A stretch of DNA of 64,000 nucleotides from Dicyema japonicum (Eukaryota > Animalia > Dicyemida): assembly GCA_011109175.1 (NCBI GenBank), contig RDEW01000006.1:1240632-1304631 (forward strand). Direction: 5' to 3'. Position numbers and translations under genes: made by a program. The notes below the pieces were generated by a model that saw nothing but the letters and a program-made list of their open reading frames with translations, did not search any database and was not told the DNA's origin. Below, piece after piece: positions 51,206 to 62,769 of this stretch. Positions within the stretch are counted from its first letter, which is position 1, and each line of letters starts with the position of its first letter.

Positions 51206-51720
51206 ATCGACTTATATAACAAAATATGTTTGTGTATAATGGGTAGTCCTCTAACTGGGAAGACGTCCTTCATAGAGAGCATCATGTTCCCTCACCAAGA
51301 GAGACCGTACAAAGCCACCGTAGAGAACTGCTTCAATCAAAATGAGAGTTTTAAAGAAAGAAATCAACCTTAAAGTCATCGACACAGGTGGGAGCTGTTT
51401 CTTTCCTTCAATGGAGAGGATCAACATTGTTGAGTCGGACGCATTCATCCTCTTGTTTGACCAACATGAACAACGTCATCAAACAAGTGTACAACCTACA
51501 AATGAAGATACGAAGCCGCAGAAAGGACTCTTCCCTAATCTACGTTGTGTCCAACGAGAAGCCCAGTAATTCAGAATTCAATTCCCACGAAACTATCTAC
51601 GAACGGTTGGGACCCAACGTCTTCTTTGTCAACGTAAAGATATAGGAGGAGTCCATCCAGATACTCAAGAAATAGCCAATGATTTGGAAAAGTCGCGGAA
51701 AAAAATGCGCAAAAAATAAC
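51206..51720 (+). CDS. Divergent Ras-family small GTPase (RASD/DIRAS-like)
   Basis: G1 GSPLTGKT, YKATVE, G3 IDTGG, FPSMERINI..DAFILLFD (compare FPAMRRLSI of RASD); two or more indels; start and stop uncertain. Confidence 0.7.
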
Positions 51721-52169
51721 ACATTTATTAATAAATTTACTCAATTCTAGCATTTTTGATAAAGTCGGGAAGGGGACGGTTGATTCCTCCTTCGTTTCAT
51801 AGAAGTTGTAACAAAGTGATTTCGTCCACGTAGAACAGGGAAGGGTTTTTCACCTAGTCAGAATCAATGTAAAAAAAGACAGGCAGGTCGACATATTAGT
51901 TGGGATTAAGTTATTGCTCTCGAATCAGAAACACTAGGCTCCTGAGAGTTTAGTACCTGTATTTTGTTAAATAGAATCCCGCCGATCCCGGGATCACGTT
52001 GTAAGTGGGTTTCTTTGCACTGAAGAAGTCCAATTGAATTTTGACCGATTACTGCTTTGGCTTTAAATTGTTGATTCTTTGTTAGCGTAGAAATTACAGA
52101 AATCACTTTCGGAAATTGTCCTATTTACGAAAAAAAATAAAACATTAAAATCTGGGAGTCACCTTTGAT

Positions 52170-52402
52170 CAGTGACTCCTTTATTCGACGATAACAAAGT
52201 AAGTTCTGTTCTGAAGAAAATGAGAATTTTAAAAGTGCTCTCAAATACACTTAGACCAAACTGGAGCCTTGCCACGGTTTATAAACAATTTATCCTACCC
52301 ACGATGAGGCATGCAAGTTTTTCCTGGGCAATGCAGATTTCACGATCTTGCTCACTGAAACGATCCGCAATCGAGGAGACTGCAATAAGGCATATAATTT
52401 GA
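52170..52402 (+). mobile_element. I/Jockey-like post-RT fragment
   Basis: LKKMRILKVLS..YKQFI.PTM.HAS..W is nearly identical to ORF 24056..24412. Confidence 0.7.
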
Positions 52403-53505
52403 ATAACATTCTTTTTATTTGAATAAAACTTTTAATAACATTCTTTCCTACTTGAATAAGACTGAGCACGGTTCCTTTCAGGCAAATTCCTTGATAAATA
52501 CAGTTTTTCTTTGCACTAAGGTGGATTCTTGATTTTTAGCAATCTTCAAACTTACTTGTACGCTTCTCCATAATAGAAGTGTTCTACCTGTCATGTTAAT
52601 CAAGCTAACAGTCTCGTTTGATAGAATAAACTATTAATTGTGAATTATTTTCCCCAACCCTGAAGTTTTAAGGAACCTATCAATATCTTTGGGAGTCAAG
52701 GAGCCCAGTGAACATTATTATTTTTTCAAAAAAGTTGAGTTTTTTATGGGGTACGTGCTATTAGTGTAGGACTAGTTTTTCGTAATCACAGACATGGACT
52801 TGTGGTTTGGGGAGAATTAATAAGTCAGAATAAAGGTTTCCGGGAAAAGTTGTTCAGGACCTCCCTTTTATTAACAACTTGTGGTTGAAACGAATTTATC
52901 AGCTATTTTTGACTTTTTACTTTCGTTTGAAATTTTTTATTATAATTTCATTTTTACCAAGCAATGCTTGTGCCCTATGAATGCATGCGGTTTGGCTTCT
53001 TTGTTGATAGTATTTATATTATTTTCTGATTTTTTCATAAATTTTAACTTTTTAGACTGACAAGGAACAAACATAAAGATAGTCATTCAGAAGACGCCTA
53101 GTGCCTTGTCGAGGCATTATTTGATCTATTTGTCTCAGGAAACGCAACTTGTTACCCAAATTGTCAAGAAATGTTAGCAACAGCTCCTGGTTATGTAATT
53201 ATTTGGTTAATTCACATTTTTGTGGTAAAACAAATCAATAATCTCATTCTTGTAGTTAAGTTGAACTGTTTCGACCGCACTGTGCTAAGGTCACTTCGGT
53301 CTCACTCTGCCGTGGCTTGGATATTCTTGTCTACCAAAAACTGATATTTCTTACTCATAAACTATTGAATGACTTTATTTATTTAGTTTTTTTGAATACT
53401 TTAGAAAAGATTAAATATAATTTTATTTATTTTATAAATTTATTTATAATATAAATAAATAAAATCGTCAAAAAATAATAAATTTAATTATTTAGCATTT
53501 TTCGA

Positions 53506-53750
53506 ATGGACGGATTCAATATTGAATGGAACAACTTTGAGGAGGACCAATACGAGAGCCGTAGACAACGCCTTAACGAACGTGAAAGAAATCGGAGAAG
53601 AGAAATCAATTCATATTCTAATTATCTCAGAGGCATTGTCCTGAAAATACATTGAGCGTTGTAAGCATTATGAACCACGCTGCTACTTGCCTGGTCGAAG
53701 AATTTTGTTTTGCTCTGTGATTTACTCAAATTCTAGGAAGGTATCAGTAG
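53506..53750 (+). CDS. bHLH transcription factor-like gene (3' extent uncertain)
   Basis: RRQRLNERERNRRREINSYSNYLRGIV(P)ENTLSVVSIMNHAATCL after restoring one C at about 53640; follows an AT-rich upstream tract; too short for the ORF track. Confidence 0.6.
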
Positions 53751-56327
53751 GTTCATTTGTCTCAGGGGCTAGTTATGGCTTGTATGCAAAAATTATTCGA
53801 GAATAAGCGGGAAACCGTTTCATTTGAAGAAGCTGTGACGTCTGTCTACACACAAAACCACGACGTACCCGCTCCTAGGGGCAGTCAACTTACAACCAGT
53901 TTTTTTATAAAACAATCTCAGATAAAACTCCTCAAAATATGAGCTAACACCATTTTCATTAGGGAGACCAGTACGACATGCTTGTTTTCGCCAGTATCAG
54001 TCTTCCTCTTTTCATTTAGTTAACTGAAGACATTTTAACCCAGCGATCCTAGAACAATGATATTAGTCCCATTATGACGTCTCTGAATATTCTCACAACA
54101 TGGCCTAAATTACGAAACTAAGGAGCATTTCCACATTTCTTTACGAGATTCTAAAACACCCGACCATCCAATAGTTTATTCCCAGTCGATCAAGGTTGTC
54201 TCTGACCTATAATTTGTGTGCATTCTAGTAAATTATGATGACCACTACATGGGGGCATTTTATCCTTTTTTTGAAAAACCAGGCTAAATGTTCATTGATG
54301 TGACAGTTGGAGCATCATAGAGGAAACCTGACCCATGCGCATATTATGTAATGACAAAACGAACGAGGGAGTTGTCTCTATCCTCGAATTCACATCAAAT
54401 GAAGCTTCCTTGCCCACGTGACGAAGCAAAAAATGAATTTTGATTAATGGAGTCTGGTTGATTGTATCGACACACATCGGCGCAAATAAAAGAATTCAAA
54501 AGATTAAATCCTTCTGTGATCGAGGTCTTTTCTTGAAGTTCTTTTTTTTGCAACACGAAAATTATCCTTAACAGAAGTGAACCTGTAACATCTCCCTATG
54601 GTGAGCTAATTAGTACAGTTTCTCGGAACCAATGCCCCTCCTGAGGATCTCAGCCTAAGTGAGATTGTGTTTCCAATCTCTCGAGGACACCTCTGATGAC
54701 AGCCTTGGTACACCATAAGTCCCTAATGAAGTTGGGACGAAACGGAAACAGAACCCAAGATATTGGGGATTCTTTATTAGTCGAACTTTGATGTCCCCTC
54801 TTTTGCAGATACCCAAATCGTGTCTCAATGCAATACAATGTAGGAAACATATTGAATAAAGCTTTCACGTTTATATTTTCTAACCAATTCAGTTCGTGCA
54901 ATGTCAATGTCCCGACCTACGTTTCATAAAGTGAGTCTATCCTGAGTTCTTCAGCCTTGGACATCGCCCACGCAGACGAATTTTACAATAAAACTGGATT
55001 GACAAAGGCGTTATGATGCCTTAATCGAAATGATATATCGCTTCTGTCGATCAGTTCTATTTTAACTTTGTTTAACGCAGCAGTAGCAAGGTTCTATCTT
55101 CGAAATAATTCGTCACTGTCACTAAATAAGGACCCAAACTGTTTGTCTTACTTAATTATCCAATCTTCTTTTCATTCTTCTGAGATTAACCACTTTTATT
55201 TGGAAACATTAATTATTTGGCACCATCATTCAAGTTCATTAAGAGACATCGTCTATCCCTCTGTATGAAGTCGACGTCGTCAGCATAAATTAACTCAGCT
55301 ATGCCAACTTCAATAAAATTTTAGAAGATCACGTAATTCCTCTTCAAAATAAATTACAAATAACACAGGAGGAATGGAGCCCCCTTGAGGAGTAAAACAT
55401 TACAAGAAAATTCTCTTAAAATAATTCTGCCAATTCGAACTCGTAGCTATATGTTGGATAAAAGGACTCGATTATAAATCATCTACCGCTTTCGAATTCT
55501 TTCAAGGATGAATTTCGACAAACAGTTTCAAAAGCCATCAGAAAATCATGCAAAAAATTTTAGTTGAGTATCGTTATCATTGGTTTTAACTGCAAACGTC
55601 ATTTGTGCCCTCAGACTATTTGTGTCTTTGATCTATTTGTGTCTTTGTCTTTGATCTAATTTAATTGACTATAGTCAAAATTTACTCAAGCTATATACAA
55701 TGCGTTTATAGTTCATGAGCTACCAGGGAGATGCTCAGAAATGAATATGTCAACTGCAATAGGTTATCAAAGCCATAGGGGAGAAAAACTTTTAGAAAAA
55801 ATTGATTTTTTCTAAAAAGTTGAAAACCATCGAAGATAATTCTCAAAGATTGGTGAAACTCTTTAAACATGGATTACGTTTTTGAAATTTTATTCTCTCA
55901 CAACTACGTGATGGATACTTTCTCGTCAGAAATTAATTGAAAATATCATTTCGGCCAAGAATCAGCCACCTTAACGAGGACCTTATATGAAATTTTTGAT
56001 TACTAAAAAAATTAATAAATTCTTAAATAAATAAAAATAAAAATTTTTCAAAATGCCGAGGGTGAAACCAAACTAGCTAATTTATCCTGACACGTTCCAG
56101 CGATTCTAAAACTCGTCTAGAGTAACGAAATTGTCTCACGGGAAAAGAATAGTAAGATACTTGTGAATGCCTGCCATGCATTCGGCGTGTCTTTAGTAAG
56201 GTGGATCCTATGAAGCTATCAGAAAAAAGATAAATTTTTAATCAATTAGCAAAATTCATCTCATGTCATTACGTAGCTTCAATATAAATGACGCTTAACA
56301 GATTGCAGTGTGGAGTAGGACTTTCTT

Positions 56328-56620
56328 TATTATTATTATTATTAACCCCAGGCTTACCATTGTAAGCTGAGCACAAACAGTCATAACTAACTAATCCAAA
56401 AAGGAACCAAAGGGAGAACATTTGCTTGTGCCGACCAAATCCATCTGCCAATATTTCATTACAGGCCTTTGCTTCCGAAGAGTGGTGTAGAAGTAGGTCC
56501 GCCCTTTTCCATTTTTTTGTCCCACGTCCTACTGTCGCGGATATCAGTTCATTCTTTAGCGGAATAGTTTTCATAATGCAATCTTCATTAGATGGTACGT
56601 TACATTCAGCCAGGAAGGCA
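56328..56620 (-). mobile_element. Short 3' LINE fragment with a perfect 12-bp TSD
   Basis: taggactttctt at 56316-56327 and 56621-56632; (TAA)n tail; 3' hairpin gcttac-aatg-gtaagc; empty site at 60619-60630. Confidence 0.88.
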
Positions 56621-56765
56621 TAGGACTTTCTTGATTAATGAATTAATGAAAATAAGATTATTATAATTATAAAATCATTATAAATATCAATATTTAAAAA
56701 AATAAATTCATCAATATAGCAAGTGACCTAAATTATACACATCGACGTGTTCATTTTACATATTT

Positions 56766-57930
56766 ATGTTGTTGTTAATGTTTTTGTTTTCAATAACGAA
56801 TTTCGACTTTATTTATAGAACGTCAATAGATTTTAAAAGTTTATTGAAAAGTACAATTACAAATGTATTTTATAAAAAATAATGGTAGACAAACGATAAT
56901 TCAATTGTACGTATTTCCGCCAATTTTTGTGATGAATTGTCATTTACAATCAATATGAATAACTTGATCTTCCAATTTTTTATTGAATTCTCAGACGAAT
57001 TTTACAACATCTCAATAAAAATAAAATTAAATTCGAGTATTTAATAGTTAACACATAAAGATAATGAATTTTATAAAAATACAACAAATCTTCCGAATAT
57101 TAAAAATGGAGATTATTACAGATGCGGACATAGATCCGTATTTTTTGAGAATGGTAATATTCTCACATTATATTCTTTGGCAATAGAATTTCACACTAAT
57201 CACTCATATTTTATTGGAAAAGGTTTGAGATAATATTATTCAGCACATGACTGTGATCCATCAAACGATCCAAATGTTCGATATTGGTATTTTATTGCGA
57301 AAAATCGACTGAAAGCTATATTAAGTGGGCATTTAATAATCACTTATTTATATAATAACAAAGTTGAAATTGTAAATTGTATACTTTAATATTAGATTAA
57401 TGATTTCTTAATTTTTTTCGAGAATTTGGAGACGAAGATTAATTTTGATAAAAATAGTATTGAGTTATCTCTTGAGGGGAATATGTAGAAATACATTTTA
57501 CATTTATTTTGTCTCAAAACAAATATTATATGTCCACAATTCAGTTAATCAACTATAAAATTAATAATGGGTCTTGGAGGCCTACTAATTACAAATTGAT
57601 TGATGTTTGAAATTCTTGTAAATTCGAATTGTCTCTCACTAAATTTTATGATAACATATATGCTGACTTTTCACAATTTAAGGTAAAAATTCTTCAGGAT
57701 GATTCTAAATTCAGTTATGCTGGAAAATTTTTAATTTTTTTCAGAATTTAGAGTCGAAGTGTTATGAAATAAATTCTCCTAGAAAAAATACACTTTCTAA
57801 TCATTCAAAAATGTATATAATTATAGGATTTACACTCACTGTTATAACATTTACAATCATCGGAGTCGTCGCATTTGTTATTAAGCGCCGAAATATGATA
57901 AGACACATGGTATATGTCCCTATTCTTTAA
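56766..57930 (+). pseudogene. LAMP-like type I membrane glycoprotein copy B
   Basis: Signal-like MLLLMFLFS; GDYYRC...FIGKAHDCDPS; second domain NSC...FSY; TM segment IIIGFTLTVITFTIIGVVAFVI; tail KRRNMIRHMVYVPIL*. Introns of 21-24 nt; several in-frame stops. Confidence 0.65.
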
Positions 57931-58074
57931 CTGTCATTAATTTTCTCGATTTTTTCTTTATTTAATTTCTCCCAAGCACGTTACATAATAATTTCATTAA
58001 TTATTTTCTTCCAAGTAGCTTTTTCTTGTTTTCTCACTTAAGTTGTTAAGGTATTCTGCACATTCAACTCTTTT

Positions 58075-58680
58075 TCAGATATCCTGAATATTGATGCTCA
58101 CAAGGCCGCGTAAATCAATAATTTTCTGGAGGCCCCTGGTGATCATGTCTCTTGCGTGGGAGTTAAAATTGAGTAGACTGTCACTTGACTCCAAGGACAG
58201 TGGGGGACCTTGTGACTGGAATCCGAGTGGCACCAATAAAGATGCTCGGTTCTTCCTTAGAATGACGGTGCGAAGTGAAAATGGTACAAATAGACTTGGT
58301 TGCAGAAATCGTAAGTCGATTGCCAACGATCTAATCGAGTAGAATGCTCAATTTTGCCTCAGTCTTTAAGGATGCTATTTGCGTCGAACGGTTCCGTTTT
58401 GCATTGACTCCATTGTCTGCCAGGATAATAACAGGGAATCTTCGTCTCCACCAAAAGGTAGGTCGTATAGGAATAAGTTGAATAGAATTGGTGAAAGTGG
58501 AGACCCATGGGGTAACCCGTTCGGTAGTAATCGTGATCTTCCAGACAAAATGTTGGCCAGCCATAATTTCACATTCGGACGAATATTAGTAGGAAATATT
58601 TTTCCAACCAGGGTTTTTCTTGAAACAGTGTCAAAGTTTTTGCGTTTGTGAGGGGGAATGGGTGTTACAACCGTTGCCAA
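58075..58680 (-). mobile_element. I/Jockey-like RT fragment
   Basis: FDTVSR, PNGLPHGSPLSPILFNLFLYDLP. Confidence 0.75.
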
Positions 58681-59289
58681 TGAACTGAGATGGTAGCCAA
58701 GTTTGTAGCGGTGGATCTACCGCGGAGGAAACAATGTAAAAATATAGGACGTAGAATATACGGAGTATTGAATAATAACTGAGTTTCTCCATAATTTTTG
58801 AAGATACTGAAGTGACGATTACGACAGAGTAATAATAACTGAAAATACGAGTTTCTCAATAATTTAGGAAGATATTGAAATGAGGACTACGACTGAAATC
58901 GTCATGATTGATATCAAGACATGCAAAGCTAACGCCCCTAGACATGACCAAAATAGCATGATGTTGTTCAAGGAAGACCTAGAGGATTTGCTGCCCGTAC
59001 TGAAGAATTTATTCAACGCGAGCATGTTGCAAGGAAGATCGGAGACAATAAAGATTTGGCCAAACCAACTCAAACATGTAGGAATACGATTACGACTAAG
59101 AATACGACCTCGGATATTGGAATGCCGAGGGATAGATCATAGTGTTTTCTATTGACAGTGGATCCCAAACGTTCAGTTAGTTAATCAGCGAATCTAAAAG
59201 ATCCGAATAGACAGGAAGAGCCCACGGTAGACAGAAATATTCTGGAAAATTAACGTTTTCATAATATTGTTGAACAATTATCTAAAATT

Positions 59290-60500
59290 ATAAAAAACAT
59301 GACAAGAACGAAGGAGTATGGCATGTTTTTACTTGGCCTGGTGGCGCTCCTAAGAAGAGAGGACAGCCACCAAGTAATTCAGATATAACCAGGATTACCC
59401 TGGTTATTATCAGACTCTTAGAAAGAGGGCTGCTGGTAATGGAATTATTGTTGTTGAAGTAGCTCATCACGGCGTGGACTGTTGCCTCGCAACCACCGAT
59501 CACTCCCACCTCACAGCTATTCAGCAATATTGTGGGAGACTCACCGGGCAGCAATTTTAGCAACAGGCCTTCGAAAGTATGTACTAATCGCAATTGGGCG
59601 GACACTTCAATCTCCTTTTTGGAATGCAAATAAATGTCCACAAAACAAAATCTCTAGCAAATTTTTAAATATCACCATTAACTATTCGAGTGAGCAGCAA
59701 GGTGATAAACGTTAACAAGCACAGCTGGCTTCAGCAGTAGCTCCAAATGTCAAGTCCTTTACATGGCTTGGACTCAGTTCGTCAAGACCTCCGCAGCTAC
59801 TGGGAGCAAAAGACTTTATTCCACGCAATACTTCAAATTCTGTGGGAGCAAATGCTTCTGGCATTGTCAAGTTCCCTGGTTCGCTGGTAGAGTATGGTGC
59901 TTCCTTTTTAGTAACGTCAAGACTTCACGGCTTCAATTGTGATTCGTCACAAACCACTACTATAAGAGCTGCGCGAACGTCCCTTTTCATCAATTTTCGG
60001 TTCACTCTTTCTTGAAATTTTTTAGAATCTTCCTGTTTACACCCAACTTCTGTAGACAACTTTTTACGCCGAAGTACTTGATCATGGTCGATTCCTGAGT
60101 TTTGCTGCTTTGAAGTGGCCAAAAAGGCAAAAGTATTATTTTTGATTTTTGAGGCCAGTGATTCGTTGCGAGCTTGCTCTGAGGCAGAAATTTCTAGGAT
60201 AATAGGTGCATAGCTAAGTAGACATTTCCAAGAGGCCTGGTACCTAATACAGATGGCTTTATAAATTAAAGACGTGATACATTCAGCAGGAGGAATTTAA
60301 GCGGATTTTAGTATACTAGTGGAATTTGTCTATTTTTCCGACTCTCCGATAGGCGTAACAAAAAGAATTCGATTTGTCCAGAATAAGAGGGATGACAGAA
60401 TTCAGCCGGATGACGACACCTAGTGTAGTCGGATATATACAGCATCCGAGTTCCATTTGTAAAGAGATTTTGCAGCAAATTTCGACATTCGGACACATCC
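59290..60500 (-). mobile_element. CRE-clade remnant
   Basis: KRDVRAAL, an SSAAG-like segment, VGVIGGCEATVHA, FLGAP. Confidence 0.7.
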
Positions 60501-60779
60501 GAGGTAAATTCTTTTTACAAAGTCAAAGGCATCTAAGATAATTCTCAAAGATTGGTGAAAATCACATGGCATCACGTGGCTTTAATATAAATGACTCTTT
60601 ACACTGTGCAGTCTGGATTAGGACTTTCTTGACTAATGAATTAATGAAAAAAGATTATTACAAATATAAAATTATTATAAATTTCATTAGCTTCCAAATT
60701 ATAATAATTTTAGAATAAATTCATCAATATAACAAGTGACCTAAATTATATACATCGAAGTGTTCATATTACAGTTTTT

Positions 60780-61946
60780 ATGTAATTGTTTGTGTTTTTG
60801 TCCTCAATCGCTCTTATTAAATTCAGACATCAAATGTCATTATATGGATATTGTTTATTGACAAGTACTCGTAAAATGTATTTTATAAGTAATAATAATA
60901 ATGGTAGACAAAAAATTATTCATTAGACATTCGTCATGGCATAAATTTTTAAATGGAATGAACCCTAAAATCCAAAGAAAAAACTTAATTTTCAATTTTT
61001 TTGGTGGATTCTCAGAGGAGTTATACAACCTCTCAATAAAAATAGAATTAAATTCTAGTGATTATTATTTAATACTCAAAGGTGATGAAACCTATAGAAA
61101 TACAATAAATCTTACAAATATTAAATATGGAGAATATCACAGATACGGCTATATCTCCGTAAATTTTGAGAATCATTATTTTCTCACAATATATTCTGTG
61201 ACGGCAGAATTGTTCACTAATGATTTATTTCCATATTTAATTGGAAAGGGTTTAAATCTTGTTTAATTTAGCAAATGACCGTGATCCATCTAACTATCCA
61301 AATGTTCGATATTGGTATTTTATTTCCGAAAATAGACTCAAAGCTGTATTAAGTGAGAATTTTAAAATCATATATCTTATTGATCACATTTATAAAAACG
61401 TATATTGCATATTTATATAGTTGATTAATGAATTCATACTTTCATACCAATATAAAAATACTACGATTAATTTTGGAAACAATCGTGTTGAGTTATCTCT
61501 TATAAGAATACATTTTGAAATATTTTTTACATATATTTTGCATCAGAACAAATTTTATATTTCCGACATTCAGTTTATCATTGATAGCATGTATACTATG
61601 TCTTGGAGACCTAATAAGTCCAAATTGGTTGATGTTAGGAATTCATGTACCTCTGATTTGCTTATTGCTAAAATACTGATGAGATATATCTAAATTTTTA
61701 TTTTTAAAGCAAAAATTCAGGGATGATTTGAAATTCCTTTATATTGGGAACGCTTTTATTTTTTGAATTTTAGAATCTTGAAAAAGTAACTTCTGGAAAA
61801 AATAAAAATTATAATCATTCAAAATTTTTAAAATTATAGAAATTATACTCACTGTTCTAACACTTGCAATCATCGGAGTCATCGATTTTGTTAAGATTAA
61901 ACGTCGAAATGGGATAAAACAAATGGAACATATTCCTCTTCTTTAA
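60780..61946 (+). pseudogene. LAMP-like copy C (most diverged)
   Basis: Homologous exons and tiny introns; ATG is followed by TAA; two conserved Cys of copy B are changed (C>Y, C>R); tail KRRNGIKQMEHIPLL*. Confidence 0.65.
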
Positions 61947-62769
61947 CGGCTATTAATTTTCTTGTTATTTTTGTTTTTTATTTTCCGTAATCCCAATTAC
62001 GTTCACAATATTTTCGTTAATTATCCTTCTTTAAGAATCCCTTTTTTTGTTTCCTCTCCCAAGTAGTCACATTTTTGCATTTCAAGTTTTTTTCTGATAT
62101 CGTTGTGATATGAAACGCCCAGACAGGATCATAGTGTTTCCTTTCTCTCTGTTTTAAATACCTGATTGATCCTGGGGCATCCATAGATACCTTTTTGTAG
62201 TCAAAATTATTCCGTGTTAAAATCTGATGAGGCATCACGAGCATTTGAGAACTCTAAATAACACAATACAACAGTTTTCATTAGATCTAACCTGCAGCAC
62301 GTTGTCGCCAAGACAAGTGATCTCTTCAGGCACAGAAGGTCTTTTTTAAGATCATTTAGGTCATGGATATCGAAAATGAACAATAAGTTACTTTCTATAT
62401 CAATTGTAACAATCGATATTGCGGTTTAATTACTTTGAATTTATCATATCTTTTTTTGAAATAAGAACTGTTTAATGCAAAAACTATCAGTGAACAACTA
62501 CTGGCTGTTTTATAATTGAGAATGCTCTTCCACTAAGGATTGTAAGGAAATACGCTGAATGAGCCAGCTCTTTTTTTCTTATTATTTTCTTCTTCCTTTT
62601 TCGCGATCCGATTCTGTTTATCAGAATCAATGACATACTTCCTATGATTCCTGAGTTTCGACTGCGACTGATTTAGATCCTACTTGTCTTTCTTGATCTT
62701 GGATGATGAAAGTGAATAGTCAGCGATTGAAAGACTTCCAAGTGTTCTCAGCTACTTAACAGATTCGCA

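Larger units (their letters stand above)
54900..57960. repeat. Tandem unit B
   Basis: Collinear with 47720-49700 and, in its 3' part, with 60540-61990. Confidence 0.9.
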
